DNA of 64,000 bases from the human T2T-CHM13v2.0 reference genome, Homo sapiens, in the NCBI RefSeq assembly GCF_009914755.1, contig NC_060933.1. One strand, 5' to 3'. The translations under genes were made by a program, and so were the position numbers. Positions 15,401 to 31,928 of this stretch are shown one piece after another (the stretch's first letter is position 1; the number at the start of each line of letters is the position of its first letter). The notes beneath the pieces were generated by a model. That model was not told where the DNA came from, did no database searches, and saw nothing but the letters and a program-made list of their open reading frames with translations.

Positions 15401-18189
15401 TGAGACAGAGAGTGAAGCCTTCGACTTGGGAGGCTTTTCTGAGCAATGAGTCATTCGTTCATTCATTAATTCATTCCATACAAATCCCCAGGCTGAGTTT
15501 TGGAGGAAACAGGGTGAGTGCAGGAAGCTTCTTCCCTGGGGCAGTAAGACCCAGACATTCCTTGGCAGCCCCATGAGATGTACGGTGGGAAGCTGGCTCC
15601 GGCTGCAGTGAGGACAGGCAGACCAGGCAAAGTGAAGGAAGGGCACGTCTTTAGGGCAGAGGTGTCAGTTTGGGGCAAGCCAGTGAAGGTGGGTGGGAAG
15701 GTGGGGCTGGGGCCGGCACACCAGGTGGAGGGACAGCTGGAGCAAAGCTGCGTGAACCAGCAGGGCGGGGCTCTGGCCAGGCGGCGGAGAGGAGCCCAGC
15801 ACTGACTTGCTGCCTCTGGCCTCTGCCGGCTGCCTGCAAGGTGGAGGGCAGACACCTGGTCTCCTTCCGGTAGGTCATGCGACCGGGATGAGTCTGCTGC
15901 GGGTGTGGTTCCGGGCGTTAGTGTGGGCCAGCGTCACGGAAGGCCCGGCGTGTTGACTGAGGAGGCTGAAGTGGCCAGAGCCCGTGTGCGCTGCTGGATG
16001 GAAACCCAGCATGGGGCCGCCACTCCTCTAGGCTTCTCCTTCCGGACAACTAACAGAACCACGGCGTGGAAAGTCCTCACGGGATGTTCACAGGGCCAAG
16101 GCACTGTCTTAGGGGACACCAGCCTCTGGATGGCAGGGAGGGCTGGAGAGGGGCTGTGAAGGGCTTCTCCCAGCGCCCACCCAGTGCAGAGGGAGCTGCT
16201 GTCTCCCCCGAAGCCCAGGGCCCCCCAGCAGCCGGAGGGTGAGCCCAGCCATGGCTCCTCCCTCCCACCTCCTGCCTCCTGCTCCTCCAGGGCCTTAGTG
16301 AAGCCGCCCTGAGCTCCACCTCTCCGCCAGCGAGTTGCACTGGGGTGAAAATCTGGGCCGGGCTCTCCTGGAAGAGGAGTCTCTTGTGAGACTTCTCAGA
16401 CCCCCCACATCTTCTTACTTCTCGTCCCCATAGACGCCGGTCAGCTGTGGCCATCTCCTCTCCATCCCTTTCTTCTGCTGCTTCTCCTCCCACAGATGGG
16501 GAGCATGGCCTGGCCCAGAGCCCGTGTGGACCACGGCCGAGAAGACCCTGGCAGCCTCTCACCCGGCCCCACTGCCAGGAAGCCTCCAGCCATGAGGGGA
16601 CAATATTTACTTGGGAAAGCACATAATTCCTCCTGAAAGTAGGAATGGGGAACTACGCACGGAGGAGGAAGGGAGGGAAGGGCTGTGACATTTCTTCTTC
16701 CAATCGGGGCAGAGGCGGCAGCCCGGGAGCCAGGTTGCCGGGGCCTTGGAGCAATGCAGCCCGACTCGATGGGAATTTGGGGGCAAACCCAGTCTTTTTC
16801 TGTGGGCAGTGGGCTCCTCGTCCCTCTGAAAGCCCTGGTGCCCGGATGCACGCTCTCCCACCAACCCACAGAATCGGAGACGCCTCCATGCCGGCAGGGC
16901 CGGGAGCGTTCCTCTTTCTGGTCTTGTGTGATGCCAGTAACAGGCCACTTCCAGTTGGGAGAGAGTGGGAGGCACCCTGAGACCCGCGCTGAGCATGGGA
17001 GTGGCCAGGCCGCGTCCTCCCGGGGGCCAGCCTGGAGCCTGCCCCACCCTGCTTGCCGACAGGATTATCCTGGCTGAGCCGAGGTCCGGGCGCACTCACC
17101 CGCAGTCTTCCCCCACACGTGGATGGCCTCTGAACTCGTGTGCTCGTGCAAGCCCACCGAGGGTGCCACGCAGACCTAGGAGGTCACAGGCGGGCTTGGC
17201 CGGGAGGGACAGGGCAGGGTGCGGGGACTTGTGGTGGAGGGGCCCTTCCTCTACCCTCCCCAGGAAAGCCACCCACTTCCCATCCAGGGTCCCTGTTAGA
17301 ATCAGGAGCGTTTGGCCCTTCAGAGGGCGGCCGAGGCTCGTGCATTCTGGAAGAGCTGCGTGGCTGCGCAGACACACCGGCCTCCGGGCAGGAGGAGTTC
17401 TGTTCCTGTGCAGTGGGTGTGGAAGCCGCCCTGAGCCCTCGGGGGTGTGGGGGGCTCCAGCCTCAGTCCAAATCACCGGGTGGCCCGGGTGTGTCCCTCC
17501 TCACCTCCATGGTCCTCTGTGAGACGGGAGGGCTGCTGAGATCACATCCAGGATCCCATCCGCCCTGGTGCGCTCCAGCTTGGGCTCCTCCCACTGGCAG
17601 AAGCAACCGGCTCACGCCTGTGGGAGAAGCGCGCAGGCTCTTCCTGCGGGAAGGCAGCTGTGGCCTTTGTCCCGGGTCAGTTCCGGGGCGGCTGGTGGTG
17701 CTGCTGCTCCATCGTGGGACAGGGCCTGCCTGGATGCAGTGTCTCACACTGGGCCTGACTGTGCCCCACGCGGGCTGGGCTGTCAGGGCATGACCTCTAA
17801 TGCCCTTGGGGGTGGAGCCGCTGCGTTCCCATCTCCAAGAGAAGAAAATTGAGTCTTGGCAAAGCTGACCCCCTCTCCTAGAGGTGCTGCTCCAGCACCC
17901 CCATCCCCAGGCCATGGGTCCAGCAGGCTGAGGAGGCGTGAAGCCTGGGAGGGCGGCCGTCTGCCCACGGCTCTTCCCTGCTATCCTGGCCACAGCTGCT
18001 CTGTTTTGGGGAGGAGGTGGCTTTTCCGAGAGTGGGGGAGTTGTCTGTGAAAACAAGGGCGTGAGCAGCTTTCCACAGTACCCCAGACCCCGAGGGCAAG
18101 AGGAGAAGCCGCCACATGGCACGTGTGCTCTGGGCAGTCGAGGTCAGGGTCATCACCGCGGGCCGGGGCCCCCGCCCTCCCTCTCCTGA

Positions 18190-18492
<303 letters not shown>

Positions 18493-18592
18493 TAATCCAG
18501 AGCTGTAGATCATGGGCCAGGGAGTGACATGAGGTTGATGGTATCCCATGACATGGCTGTAGACCCCTTCAAGGCCTCCTCCCCGGCCCGGT

Positions 18593-18634
18593 GGGCTGGG
18601 CTGGGCTGGGCTGGGCTGGGCTGGGCTGGGCTGG
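18593..18634 (+). repeat. (GGGCT)8 pentanucleotide repeat, G-quadruplex-capable
   Basis: Eight perfect GGGCT units. Confidence 0.95.
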
Positions 18635-19810
18635 TGCCCCAAGTCCATTTCTCTGGAGCCGAAACCCAGCCCTGACTTTTCCGGTCCTTGCATCTGCTTC
18701 AGGAAGAGAATTCATTAGGCCTTTCTTGTTTTAATGACATCTCATTTGTATTTCATTTGCCATTCCTTTCATGGCTGATGGAGACTCATGTTCCTTTTGA
18801 TTTAGGAAAGAGGCCATGTTCTTTTTTCCCAGGCTTTTCCCCGCTGGGTGAAACCTCAGAAGAGGAGAGAGAAACAGGCATCATATTTGCCTTTATCTGG
18901 GGGGCTGGGTTTTATGTTCGAGCCCCTTTGAAAAATGGGGAGGTGAGGGTGGCTGCCCGACTGATGGTGAGGCCCGGCCTCGCTCGGCCCCTGGGCCCCA
19001 GACCCCTGTATACAGGCAGCATGGGCTTGTAGACTCCCTCCAAAGTGAGCACCCTCTGAAGGCTCTCGATGGGGGAGGGAAGCTGTCAGGGCTTCGCTGT
19101 CCCTTGATTTGCAAACTGACCTCTGGCTGCCAGAGTGGGCATTTCTCACCCAGCAACCCCTTCCTTCAGGGGTTTGCAGGACACTTAGAAAATAAACACT
19201 TAAAAACAAACAACCCAGCTCTGCCCTGGGCCGACTGAGAAAGGCCCTTTGAAATGTGAGATCCTCTAAGCTTTATCTGGAGCGGGTTTGAAGGAAGGGA
19301 TGGACCCAGCTCTCTCCCCTCTGATTTCTGATCTCTTTGCCTCCCTCCTTCACCATTGCCACCATTTCCACGAAATCTCTTATATTTAAAACATGGGCGG
19401 TACGGCCTCTGGCACACTCCTTCCTTCCAGGAAGATGGCTGGGGAGGGGAGGGGGACTGGCAGACTTGCTAGAGCCTGTTGCATGTGTCTTGATCCCCCA
19501 GCCTCGCATGGGAGTGGCCCCCGCCCCCATCTGGAAGGGCTGGCCAGACTGCAGAGCCGGGATACAATTGGTGTTGGGTGTTTGTCAGGGAGGTTTTTCT
19601 GTCCTGTTTTCTAAATTGTGACAGCTGAGGCTTGGAAGTTTTCTAACAATTTAATTAGCTGTGAAGACTCTGACCACTCTTTTATTCCACATCCCACCTG
19701 GAAAACCCCACTTATGTTCAGAGTTAGGAACTTGCTCCTGCCACAGATGTTTTTGTAATGATCATAATACAGAAGAAAACAAGGTGATGCTGGCAGGCAC
19801 TTAGAAAGCA

Positions 19811-20160
<350 letters not shown>

Positions 20161-20530
20161 TCATGCATTAACTCCCTTAATAGCGGGGGAAGGACGGGGC
20201 CTTCATGCAGCCATCTGCGTGCCCTTCCTGCTTTGTCCTCCCTGGGACCTGCCTGCGTCGGGGTCATTGGCATCTCAGTGTGGATGACAAGACTGTTCTC
20301 ACGCCCAGAGGCAGAAGGGTCTCAGGATCATGGAGTGCCTGTCTGCAGCATGCACTGACACTCCAAGCCGAGTCCCTTATACCACCCTCCCCCTACAAGT
20401 GCCCTTCCCACACCTCCCCGCAATCTGGCCCACCCCACTATGCAGAGCAGGAAAACCACCCCACAAACCCACGCTGACCACATTGAGATCTGTGAGCAGG
20501 AAGCAGTCACCTCCCTGCTGCAGAGGGCAA

Positions 20531-20635
20531 CCCCAGGGCTGGACTGCTCTGTCTGTATCTAACACCCCCCAGGACTGGACTGCTTTGTCTGTACCTTACA
20601 CCCCCCAGGGCTGGACTGCTCTGTCTGTATCTAAC
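20531..20635 (+). repeat. 36-bp tandem repeat x3
   Basis: cagg(g/a)ctggactgct(c/t)tgtctgta.. at 20534, 20570, 20606. Confidence 0.92.
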
Positions 20636-23179
20636 GCCACACGTGTGTGCCTCTTGACTTCTGTTTTTGTATCACCTTCCTTTGTCGTAGGGAGCACTAG
20701 TCAAGTTATCGTTTTTCTAGGTACCAAGGATCTGGGGCTCCTGGAAGCCCCGGCTGTTTGCTTTGCACAGCGCAGCGAGGGTGTGGGTTTGCAAAGCTGT
20801 CGCGGTGCTGATGGATGCTTTTGATCATTAGGCATCTATTTTCTGCTTGATGACTGGATCGCCCTCCAGGAAAAGAGGCTCTGATGGTGGGTAGAGTGTG
20901 GGGAGAAGAAGCCGCAGGAGAAGGGATCCCTGGCAAGGGGGTGGGGGAGATGGGTGCTGGGGCTGGCAGAGGAGCCACCCGGAGCCTGCTCAGAGCACCC
21001 TCGGCTACGGCCATTCCAAGCCATACGCTCAGCACAGCCTCCAACTCCCAGTGTGCTAAGTGACATGTCCCCAGGTCCTGTCATTGATCTAGGCCAGCCG
21101 TGGTTTGTTTGTTTTGATCTTTTCCAATCTCCCATTCAGTTTTGATCACACACACAGGAGCCCAATAACTCGCTCCAAAAAAAAAAGAAAAAGAAATCAA
21201 TGTCGGCTTCAGTGCAGGCTGCCACGGAGGGCATTGTAAGGCAGGTGTGGCCAAGGGCAGAGGGGAGAGGTTCAATGGGGCTGCCTAGTAGAGAGCCCGG
21301 CTCAGGGGGACCTGCAGAATCTCTGTGTTCGTGTGACCACAGGAGGGACGGTCCTGAGCCAGCTTCAGGGCCTTGCTAAGCTGTCAGAACAAGGTTAGCT
21401 TGGGACGCCTTTGCAGCAGGTCTTTCTGGATTCATTTATTAAGCACTGACTGTATGTCCGGCCTGTGCTGAGCACTGAGAGCCCCCAAGTTCTTCTCAGC
21501 AGGAAGCCACCCCTGCGCTTCCCAGGGCACCGGGCCCCACAGCCCCTCCTTTCCTTCCCGCCCGTCCCATTGCCTCAGTGTTGGAGGAGGGAAGGGCTGT
21601 GTGGAGGTTGGCCAGCTCTCAACCTGATGCGTGAATGCCCTGCCAGGCTGTGTTCCCACCCACTGGGAGACCACATGAGTTCTGGGACCCCTTCCCCAGC
21701 TCGGAGGCTTCTGGCCTGCTCTGACCATGGCCTGCCTTCCAGAGCCCAACATCTGCCTCCTCCTTTCTGACCCGCTTCCTATAAAAGTCTCAGGTCAGCT
21801 CACATCAGACACCAGACACCAAAAAGGGGGCCAGCGCTACTCCCACCACCCCAGGAAGTTCATGTTTGAAGGGGTGATATAATTAGGAAAACACTGTCAT
21901 TTACAAACAGCAGCAAGCTTAGCTTAGCGTTTCAAAGTCCTTTCCCATCATCTAAACAGCGTCAAGGCCATCTAGATATTTTATAAGGATCCCACGGAAT
22001 CTTTTTTTCCAGAAGGTGGAAATATCCAAAATGCATAAAACCGTGTGGGTGCAGGCAGTGATCCGCCCGCCGCCAGTGGTGCAATAAACATCAACGCCCC
22101 TTCCAGTCACTTCTCAGTGTGAGGAGGGACCTTCCCAGGACCGAGAACCGTTGTCTGTTCCCCTTCAGCCTTCACTCCCCAAGTGGAGCCTCCGGCAGAA
22201 ACTGCCAGCATCCCCCCCACCTCTTTCCCACCACCCATTCAGCTACGGGCCGCTTTAGAGTGTCTTTTCCAGCGGCCCAGGCTCCTTGATGTTAGGAATT
22301 CTGTCAGGACGACATGTGACAGATGCTTGCCAAACCAAAGGGAAGTGCCAGCGCGGGCCCAAGTCCCTACGCCAAGACCCCTTAAATAGCATCCGCTTCC
22401 CACTTCCCGGGGGCTGCATCAGAGGCATTTGGGACGGCAGTGCCAGATCTGTGCCCATCGTCCAGCTCTACCCTGAACCGAGAGGCCCTCTTCACTGGGA
22501 AGCTGATGAAAGTAATCGGGACAGTTAGGAAAATCCCACGTTCTCAGTAAACTGCACCACATGTGGCTGAAATGCGGTGCAGAGGTTCAGACAGCCAGTT
22601 TTTCTTATATGGGAAGCTGTGTTGGGCCTCGGTTTCGGAGAAGCCTGGTCCCCTGAAAGCATGGTATTTACAAATGCATTTTGTGTTTGCGTGAGAAGGA
22701 AGAACCCACCCGTTGCTTTATCTTTTCCGGCAAAGAAACCCTCATGGGTTGGGGAGGGGATTTGGGCAGGAACTTGGGGCCTTCCAGCCTGTGTCGTCGA
22801 ATTAGAGTGAGGCTGTGCTCGGGGCAGGGTGGCCTCGCTCGCCGTCTGGCCGCAGGCTCTCAGGGACTGTAGCGCATGGCCCATTGAACTGGAGAAGGAT
22901 GATCAGTGTGCGAGACCCCCACGACCTCCAGGAGGCCTGAGTCCAGCCCTGACCCCCTGCTTTTCCTAGATCTCGGGGCTGGGAATCTGAACTTTCCTGC
23001 CTGTGCTGAGGGTGGGTGTGTTGCGGAGCTTGGGGACATCAGATGTCACCAGTGAGCTCCTGTGTGGGGTCCCTGTGGGTGGCGTGGTTCAGAGCTGGGC
23101 ACAGAGGTTCGGAGCTGCTCCACACTGGAGTCTGCGTCTCTCTGCTGCCCCTCCCAGCTCTGTGACCTTTAGGATATTC

Positions 23180-23475
<296 letters not shown>

Positions 23476-24894
23476 AGGACATTCTTAACCTTCTGTTCCT
23501 TGGGGTCATGATCAGAAAGGGCACACCTGCACAGGGGGCTCTCAGCATACGTTGTGGGGGCAGCACCAGTGGCTCTAATACACCAGGTTTCAGCTCATGG
23601 CACACAGCAGCCCGTCCAGCTGTGAATGGAGAGCAGTTAGGTCAGGGAGGGACATGCACTGGCCGCTGATCGCCAAAAGGGCTCCATGGAAAGACGGCAC
23701 CAGGGGCCACCCGCCCTGTGGGGCTCTCAGTTGGGAGAGGCACCTGCAGAAGAGTCTCTGGTCTCTGCTGTCTAAGGTCCCTGTTCCCTCCAGGCTGCAC
23801 TGGCCTTCTGTTCCCAGAATGTTCTCTCTGGTCTCCCCTTCCTATGCCTGGGGAACCCCAAGATTCTTCCAGCACGAGGATTTTTGCGTGGAGCCATGGC
23901 CCCTCATGAGGTCAGAAGCTTTGGGAGGACAGGGCCTGTGTCCCCAGCACCTGGAAAATAGGAGATGAATGGTGGCCCTTGATGGAGCTTGGGGCCCAGC
24001 CTTGGGGCTCTGTGTAGCCAAGACCTGGGGCAGGATGGCCAGCCAGCCATGCACACCTGCTTTCAGGCACCATTCTCCCAGTCGGTGGGTGACCCGTCCA
24101 CCCAGTCCGCACAGGGCCACTCTTGGGCGGGCGTCTCCTGGGCCGCTGTGGATGCCTTGACCCTGGGAGAGCTCAGCAGCAAGGGCTCGTGTGGACACCG
24201 TGGTGTCCTGGGAGGATGGCGGCGTGAGAGCTTGCCTTCTGCAGGGGCACAGACGGACCACCACATGGGGCCGCCAAGTGAGATTGGGACAAGGTCCCTG
24301 AGGGGGAGAAGGAAGGGGGATGAGAAGAGGCCATGGCAGGAGGGAAGAGGGCATCACTGGGGGCATCCAGCCAGGGATGAGCAGGTGCGGGGAGCTGCTG
24401 TCTCCTTCATAGATGGAAGCCACTTTGTGGCGTGGGGGAGGGCAGCCTTGGGAACCTGGGTGGAAGCAAGCTGTGTCGGGGTCAGGGCAGGCTTTGGATG
24501 TGCTGTGTGCAAGATCCAGACCAGCGTGCACGCTTCCTAATGCACAGAGCATGTGGCAGCTGGCACAGCTGGCCATGTGACCCTGAGAGAGGCCTTCCTT
24601 CTCTCTGGGCCTCTCTGAAGTGGGGATTTGGGGACGGGGTCCCTAAGCCTCTGTGACTCTGTGGAGGGATGGGTGTCACGGCCTGTCTTGCTGCATCCTG
24701 GGCTAGTCCGGAGGCCAAGCCCCCTGTGGTCTCGGTTTTCAGATGGGCTGACCCTACCGCCACGTCCCCACAGGTGGTCTTATGGCCTTCTTCCTTTGGG
24801 TGGTGCCTGGGCCTGATGAGCTCCAGCAGGCTCTGAGGGCCGTGTCTAGCCTACCCAGAACCACCAAGCCCACTCGAGTCCCGGGCTAAGGACA

Positions 24895-25010
24895 TAAATG
24901 ATGATAGCTGGCATTTATTGAACCACTACAGGTGGCAGGTCCTCACAGGACCTATTTTACAGCAGAGGGAACTGAGGCACAGAGAGGGGTGGAAACTCCC
25001 CAGGTCTCGC
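24895..25010. mobile_element. MIR SINE fragment
   Basis: atagctggcatttattgaac...cctattttacag...ggaactgaggcacagagagg. Confidence 0.65.
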
Positions 25011-25284
25011 TGGAGACTGGCGGTGGCTGGCGGTGGAGGCGCTTCTTGGTGCCGCATTAACAGGAGTCCAGCCACGTGGACACCCCTCACTCTGTGGGAT
25101 CCACAGAGCAGTGCCTGGGAGGCCAGAAAGCTTTGGCAGACCCACGGTGTGCCCTGAGCTGAGTGGGGGTGCTGGGTCACAGTGAGGCGGCAAGGCCTCC
25201 CCTCCGGGCTCACAGTCAGGTGGGAGACACATGCCCGATGCCCCAGCACACGGGTGTGGAAGCCCAAGAGGTGCCCTGTGGCTG

Positions 25285-25582
25285 CTGCAGGAGCTCCCAC
25301 AGCCTGGGGGGCACCACAGGGGCTCACTGTCACCCAGTGCTGGAGGCTGGAAGCCCCAGACCAGGGCGCCTGCAGGGCTGCGCTCTGAAGATGCCAGGGG
25401 AGGACCCTCCTGCCTCGTCTCGTGGCTCCATGTGTTCCTGGCTGTGGCTGCATCACTCCAGTCTCTGCCTCCGTCTTCACATGGCTCCTCCCTGTGTCTG
25501 TGTCCCCTCTTCTGTCTCTTATAAGGACACTTGTCACTGGATTTAGGGCCCACCTTCATCCAGGACCAGCTCATCTTGAGAT

Positions 25583-25616
<34 letters not shown>

Positions 25617-25985
25617 AGACAGGGTCTCACTCTGTTGCCCATGCTGGAGTGCTGGAGTGCAGTGGTGCGATCTCGGCTCACTGCAAGTGATTCTCCTGCC
25701 TTAGCCTCCCGAGTAGCTGGGATTACAGGCACGTGCCACCATGTCCAGCTAATTTTTATATTTTTAGTAGAGACGAGGTTTCACTGTGTTGGCCAGGTCT
25801 CGAACTCCTGACCTCGTGATCCGCCCACCTTAGCCTCCCAAAATGCTGGGATTACAAGCGTAAGCCCCCATGCCCAGCCGAGATTCTTAATCCTATCTGC
25901 AAAGACCTTTTTCCCAAATAAGGTCCCATTTGCAGGTCCCAGGATGTGGACCTATCTTCTGGGGGCCACTATTCAGTCTACTATA
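25285..25985 (-). mobile_element. MaLR LTR (MLT1-type) interrupted by an Alu
   Basis: ctggaggctggaag...ggctgcatcactccagtctctgcctccgtcttcacatgg...ttataaggacac...ggatttagggcccacc...tctgcaaagaccttttcccaaataaggtc are MLT1 hallmarks. Confidence 0.8.
25585..25879 (-). mobile_element. Alu (AluS-type) inserted in MLT1, TSD GAGATTCTT
   Basis: T-run then gagacagggtctcactctgttgccc...; TSD at 25578-25586 and 25880-25888. Confidence 0.96.
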
Positions 25986-27184
25986 AGAGTGGACACCTGC
26001 CTGCCTGGGGGTACAGGGGTTTAGGAAATACCTCCCAAGGGGGTGAGTGTGGCCTGGGGCAGGGATGGGGACGGGGTGGAGGGGCAGCTCCCGCAGGCAC
26101 AGAGGCAAGAGTTGGTAGGTCTGGGACTGAAGGATGTGACTGGGCAGCCTGGGGAGGGAGGGAGGGGCTGGCTGGGCAGCAGAGTTTGGAGTTTGGGATC
26201 AGAAAGGGTGTGTACAGGGGACTGGGTAAGGGACAGGCTGGACCGGCATTCTAGAAGGTTCACACAGGCCACACCAGAGCTGCAGAGGCCAGGAGGGAGC
26301 TGCCAGCACCACTGAGGAATGAGGCGGCGGGAACCAGGCCCCAGACACGGATTATTCCCATGTGCATGGGGAATAGCCCTCTTCGCACGCGGCACAGTGT
26401 GGACCCCGGAGCTGATGTCATCCAAGCCCCCCACCCACCCCTGCTCTATGGCAGGAAGGATGAGGCCAGGCAGGAACAGCAAGCTTCTCACTGCAAATGC
26501 GTCTGCCCTATTTGGGACAATTTCCCCGCTGGAGCTTGACACACACAGATCCTTTCCTCAAGACCACTAGGGCCACAAAAGGTCAAGGGTGAATGTACTT
26601 CTTTGTAATTCAGCCCTGCTAGGAAAGAAATATCCTCTATTGTGGGAGCCACCGAAATCTTCAGCCAGGGGTGCCATCTTCACCTTCCTACACATTCACC
26701 ACTCAGGTCTGCAGCTTCAGGCCGAGCCTTCAAACCCACGTCCACATCCAGGTTGCATCCTTCGGAAGAGGGAGGAGGCCGGCGAAGCCTTACCTGGCCA
26801 GGCCCCACTTCCCCAGCACAGGGACGAGATTGCTTGCCCAAGGTCAGCCCTGATGGGTGACGCAGGGACAGAGGGTTTGCCCTCCAGGTTCCCCTGGGGG
26901 CAGAAAGGATAAGTGGACGGAGGGAAATGGGCCGTTTACCTGGCAGGTTCATGGCATGGACAGCAGCGCATCAGGGCTGGGGCTTTTCAGCCTCACCCAC
27001 TGACGTGTGGGACCGGATCATGCCTCGTTGCAGGGGGCTGTTGGTGTGTGGGGATGGGTAGCAGCACCCCTGGCCTCTGCCCCTAGATGCCAGCAGCACT
27101 TTCCCCACTTCCCAGTCAAGACAATCGAACTGTTTCTGGGCATGTGCAGTGCCCCCAGGGCAGATCACCACTGGCCAGATTGGT

Positions 27185-27375
27185 GGTTTCAAGCTCAGGG
27201 TTTGGAGTCCCCTCTTGACTCTGACCACTGGAAAGTCACCAAACCTCCCTGGCCTCCATTTTCTAGTCTAAAAATGGGGCGATCACGGCTCCCTGGGTGC
27301 ACGGGCTCATGTGATAATTGAAGGCAAGAGATGATGCCAGCGTCCGGCACAGTGAATGCCCTGAGTAACGGCACA
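27185..27375. mobile_element. MIR SINE fragment
   Basis: aagtcaccaaacctccctggcctccattttctagtctaaaaatgggg...ggcacagtgaatgcc. Confidence 0.55.
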
Positions 27376-29256
27376 CAAGTGACCTGGCATCCAGGCAGCC
27401 TGGTTCCGCTCTTGGCCTTTTGCTGGGTGCCCTTGGGTCTTTTTGGAAAGAACGATAGGTCCTGCCCGGAGGCGCAAGTGCTCAATCTCCCTAAAAGCCG
27501 GTACTGTATTTGGGGCCGCCTCCCCAGAGAGGAAGCTAGCAGGCATTGATGGAATTTGATCTGAGCCTTGGGACTTGGAGAAAGGGGAAGAAAAAGGCCT
27601 TTCAGATGAGAACATTGAGGGAATGAACTCAGAGGAGGGGACCTACTGTGAAGCACGGGGCTCCTTATCCCAAGGCCTGTGGGGTTCTGAGTGCCTCTCT
27701 TTGCATGGGTGCCTTCCCATTGGCAACTGGATCTCAGCCTCGAAGGAGTTTTTACCCCACAGAAACTGGCAAACGCTCAGAGCGGCCTCCCCTGAACCCT
27801 GCCTGAGCCTGTGCACCGTGTGCCGATTCTCCCTCCCACCCCCAATTACATCTTCAGAGTGCGGTATCCTGTGTCATTTTGCTGGTGTACTGGAAGAGAA
27901 GGTGATTTAAAAATCCTTAGCAAGTTGATGCTGGTGTATCCCCCTTCTGCCCATGGGAAGGAGGCTCTGGACCCAGGGTACAGGGGTGAGTCACCCTGGG
28001 TCCCCGCGATCAAGGGCTTGTTTGTGGGGGTGATGTGTGAACACAGTCAAAGGTGTTCTGTGTGCTGCGATGGCAGGGGTGGTTCCCCTCCAGGCAGGTC
28101 AGGAGAGGGCTTGGGGAGGAATGGTATTAGATGTGAGTTTCAGAAGCAGTGAGCTCCCTGTCTGATGAGATAGCCAAGCAAAGAGGGGGCAAGAGGGCAG
28201 CTTTGTGGCAGTGTCATTAAGGGGGTTTCAGCACATGGCCCCGTTCCCTCCAATACCCCTCCCGGTTCTAATCTGTGACCCACATCATTGAGGTTTGGTC
28301 TGTGGGAGGCTAAGGATAATAGCCTCAAATGAGGCCCAGCTGAAAAAAAAAAAAAAGATCTCATTAAAAACAAAAAGCACATCTGCTTGTAAGTATCGAA
28401 TGGATGTCTTGAGAAGAAGGTTATAATTTTTTTTTAATTTTTAGCGCGTGTGTAATGCCAAGTCTGAAAGCTCCCTCATCCTTAGTCTCCTGCAGCTCCA
28501 GAGCCCTCGACGGATAAAGCAGCTGTCTCATTGCCAGACAGATGCATGCAGAGCGGCACCAGCCTGCCAGACTCCCTCTGCCTAACTGCGTTGCTTTCTA
28601 ATTTGCTCCCACATTGGTTGAAAATGACTAAAGCATTTTGCGCAAAGTCCAGACAGTTCTCAAGTCAACTGGCATTTCATCGGAAATCTCTTCTTCTGTA
28701 ACCCCAAACTTGGGCCATTACTGGGTTTGCTATCTTGGTTGCTTTCGACAACCAGAGGCTTCTTCAAAGCCCATATTCTTCTCGGAGAGGCACTTTTGCT
28801 GGATTAGGGGTGACAATGAGTGATTACACTCACAGCATCCCAAATGCCAAATTAATGACATTCCGCCCTGCAGACAGGATGACTCAGTCCGTGCCGCAGC
28901 GATGGCTTGGTGGGAGGAGAGGCCTTGAGCGTGGTGTCTTGTTGGGATATGGGAGCTGGCCCGCCCCGGTGACTTTGAGAGTCGATCCTCACTGCAGACA
29001 ACAGCTGCCTGGGGCTGTGAGCATTTGCCCTCGGCTAGGCCAGGTGGCTGTGCCCCTTCGAAGGCCCCCTTCAGCCCTGGGTTCTGTACTGAAGGAGCTC
29101 CTTTCTTGCACACGTGTGTATGACCCCCACTATGGGCCAGGCCCCTGGCTAGGGGTATGGCAGTGAACAGATAGGTGCAGCTGCTGCCCCACAACCTGGT
29201 GTCATCCCAAGCAAGCAGAGGGCAGGATTAGGGGCGAATGGCTGCACGTATACGCC

Positions 29257-29400
29257 TGTGTGCTCCCATCCCACCTTCCTGCTAGATTCTTTCTTCAAAC
29301 TGGGCCTGTGTGTCCCATCCCAAATTCCCACTAGATCCTTTCTTCAAACTGTGTGTTCCCATCTCACCTTCCCACTAGACCCTTTCTTCAAACTGGGCCA
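29257..29400 (+). repeat. About 47-bp degenerate tandem repeat x3
   Basis: tgtgt..cccatc...ctaga..ctttcttcaaactg recurs three times. Confidence 0.85.
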
Positions 29401-29448
29401 TCCTTTCTCTGATAGCACAATAGCTGTGTCTCCTTTTGAGGAGTGTGC

Positions 29449-29561
29449 TGGGTTTGGAGGTAGGACGTGGCACCCTTTGGTTGTGACTACTCTTTCCTGG
29501 CTCTCTGGGTTTGGAGGGAGGACATGGCACCCTTTGGTCGTGACTACTGTTTCCTGGCTCT
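29449..29561 (+). repeat. 57-bp tandem duplication
   Basis: tgggtttggagg.aggac.tggcaccctttggt.gtgactact.tttcctggctct at 29449 and 29506. Confidence 0.92.
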
Positions 29562-29579
29562 TTCAGCTCCTTCTCCTGA

Positions 29580-31928
<2,349 letters not shown>

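Noticed and set aside
18593-18634. Immunoglobulin switch-region-like pentamers
   Set aside because: Only about 40 bp, with no GAGCT arrays and no Ig locus context.
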